DNA from: Lama glama | Taxonomy: Eukaryota | Assembly (NCBI GenBank): GCA_028534125.1 | Contig: CM052851.1 | Coordinates: 31,682,001-31,746,000 of the forward strand | Length of the DNA stretch: 64,000 nucleotides | Direction: 5' to 3' | Shown here: positions 63,598 through 64,000 of the stretch, in pieces | Numbering within the stretch: the stretch's first letter is position 1 | Layout of the letters: each line of letters starts with the position of its first letter | Made by a program: the position numbers and the translations under genes | The notes under the pieces: generated by a model | Databases searched by the model: none | What the model saw: only the letters and a program-made list of their open reading frames with translations | What the model was told of the DNA's origin: nothing

Positions 63598-64000
63598 TGA
63601 GATCCAGTGACAGATAAGGCCGGACACCAGGACCCCTGGGATGGGCCGCTGGTCCTCTCACAGATCAGAGAGCCATAACGGAGACTCAAGAACTGGGAGA
63701 TGGGAAAAGGGTCTATCGTCACCGTAGAGAAGGGGCAGGAAAGAGGCTGTCAGTAGCCAGGGCGTTGCCAGATTGAGCAGCGGACCAAAATTAGGGGCGG
63801 GGCAAGGCGGAGCTAGGGCAGGGCCAGAACAAGGAGGAGGGCCAAATGGAAGGGAAAGAAGTTCCAGAAGGTGAATGAGCCCCAAAGGAACTCGAGACTA
63901 AAGATATGGACGTGGCTGGAAGGGGGTGAGACCGAGGTGGGAGGGGCCAGGCTAAATGGAGGAGGGACCGGGACGGAGGAAGGGGCTAGTTATAGAGTAG

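Overview
Mammalian genomic DNA, very probably a camelid (alpaca/camel), judged from four copies of a camelid-type tRNA-derived SINE. The window holds essentially the whole PTPN5 (STEP, striatal-enriched tyrosine phosphatase) gene on the + strand. It runs from a CpG-island promoter and non-coding exon 1 (~2.5-2.8 kb), through a probable degenerate 5' exon at ~18.5 kb, to coding exons from 24403 to the stop at 57702. The predicted STEP61-like protein is ~538 aa; the catalytic-loop exon is inferred to lie inside an assembly gap. Directly downstream on the same strand is the 5' end of IGSF22, which looks like a unitary pseudogene: a frameshift in the first coding exon, two destroyed splice acceptors and an 8-codon deletion removing the Ig-core Trp. 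The rest is intronic sequence with L1, L2, MIR, LTR, Tigger/MER2 and SINE relics, short tandem repeats and five N-gaps. Nearly all ORFs in the six-frame track are spurious. Comparisons with human and rodent proteins are from memory, not from a database search.
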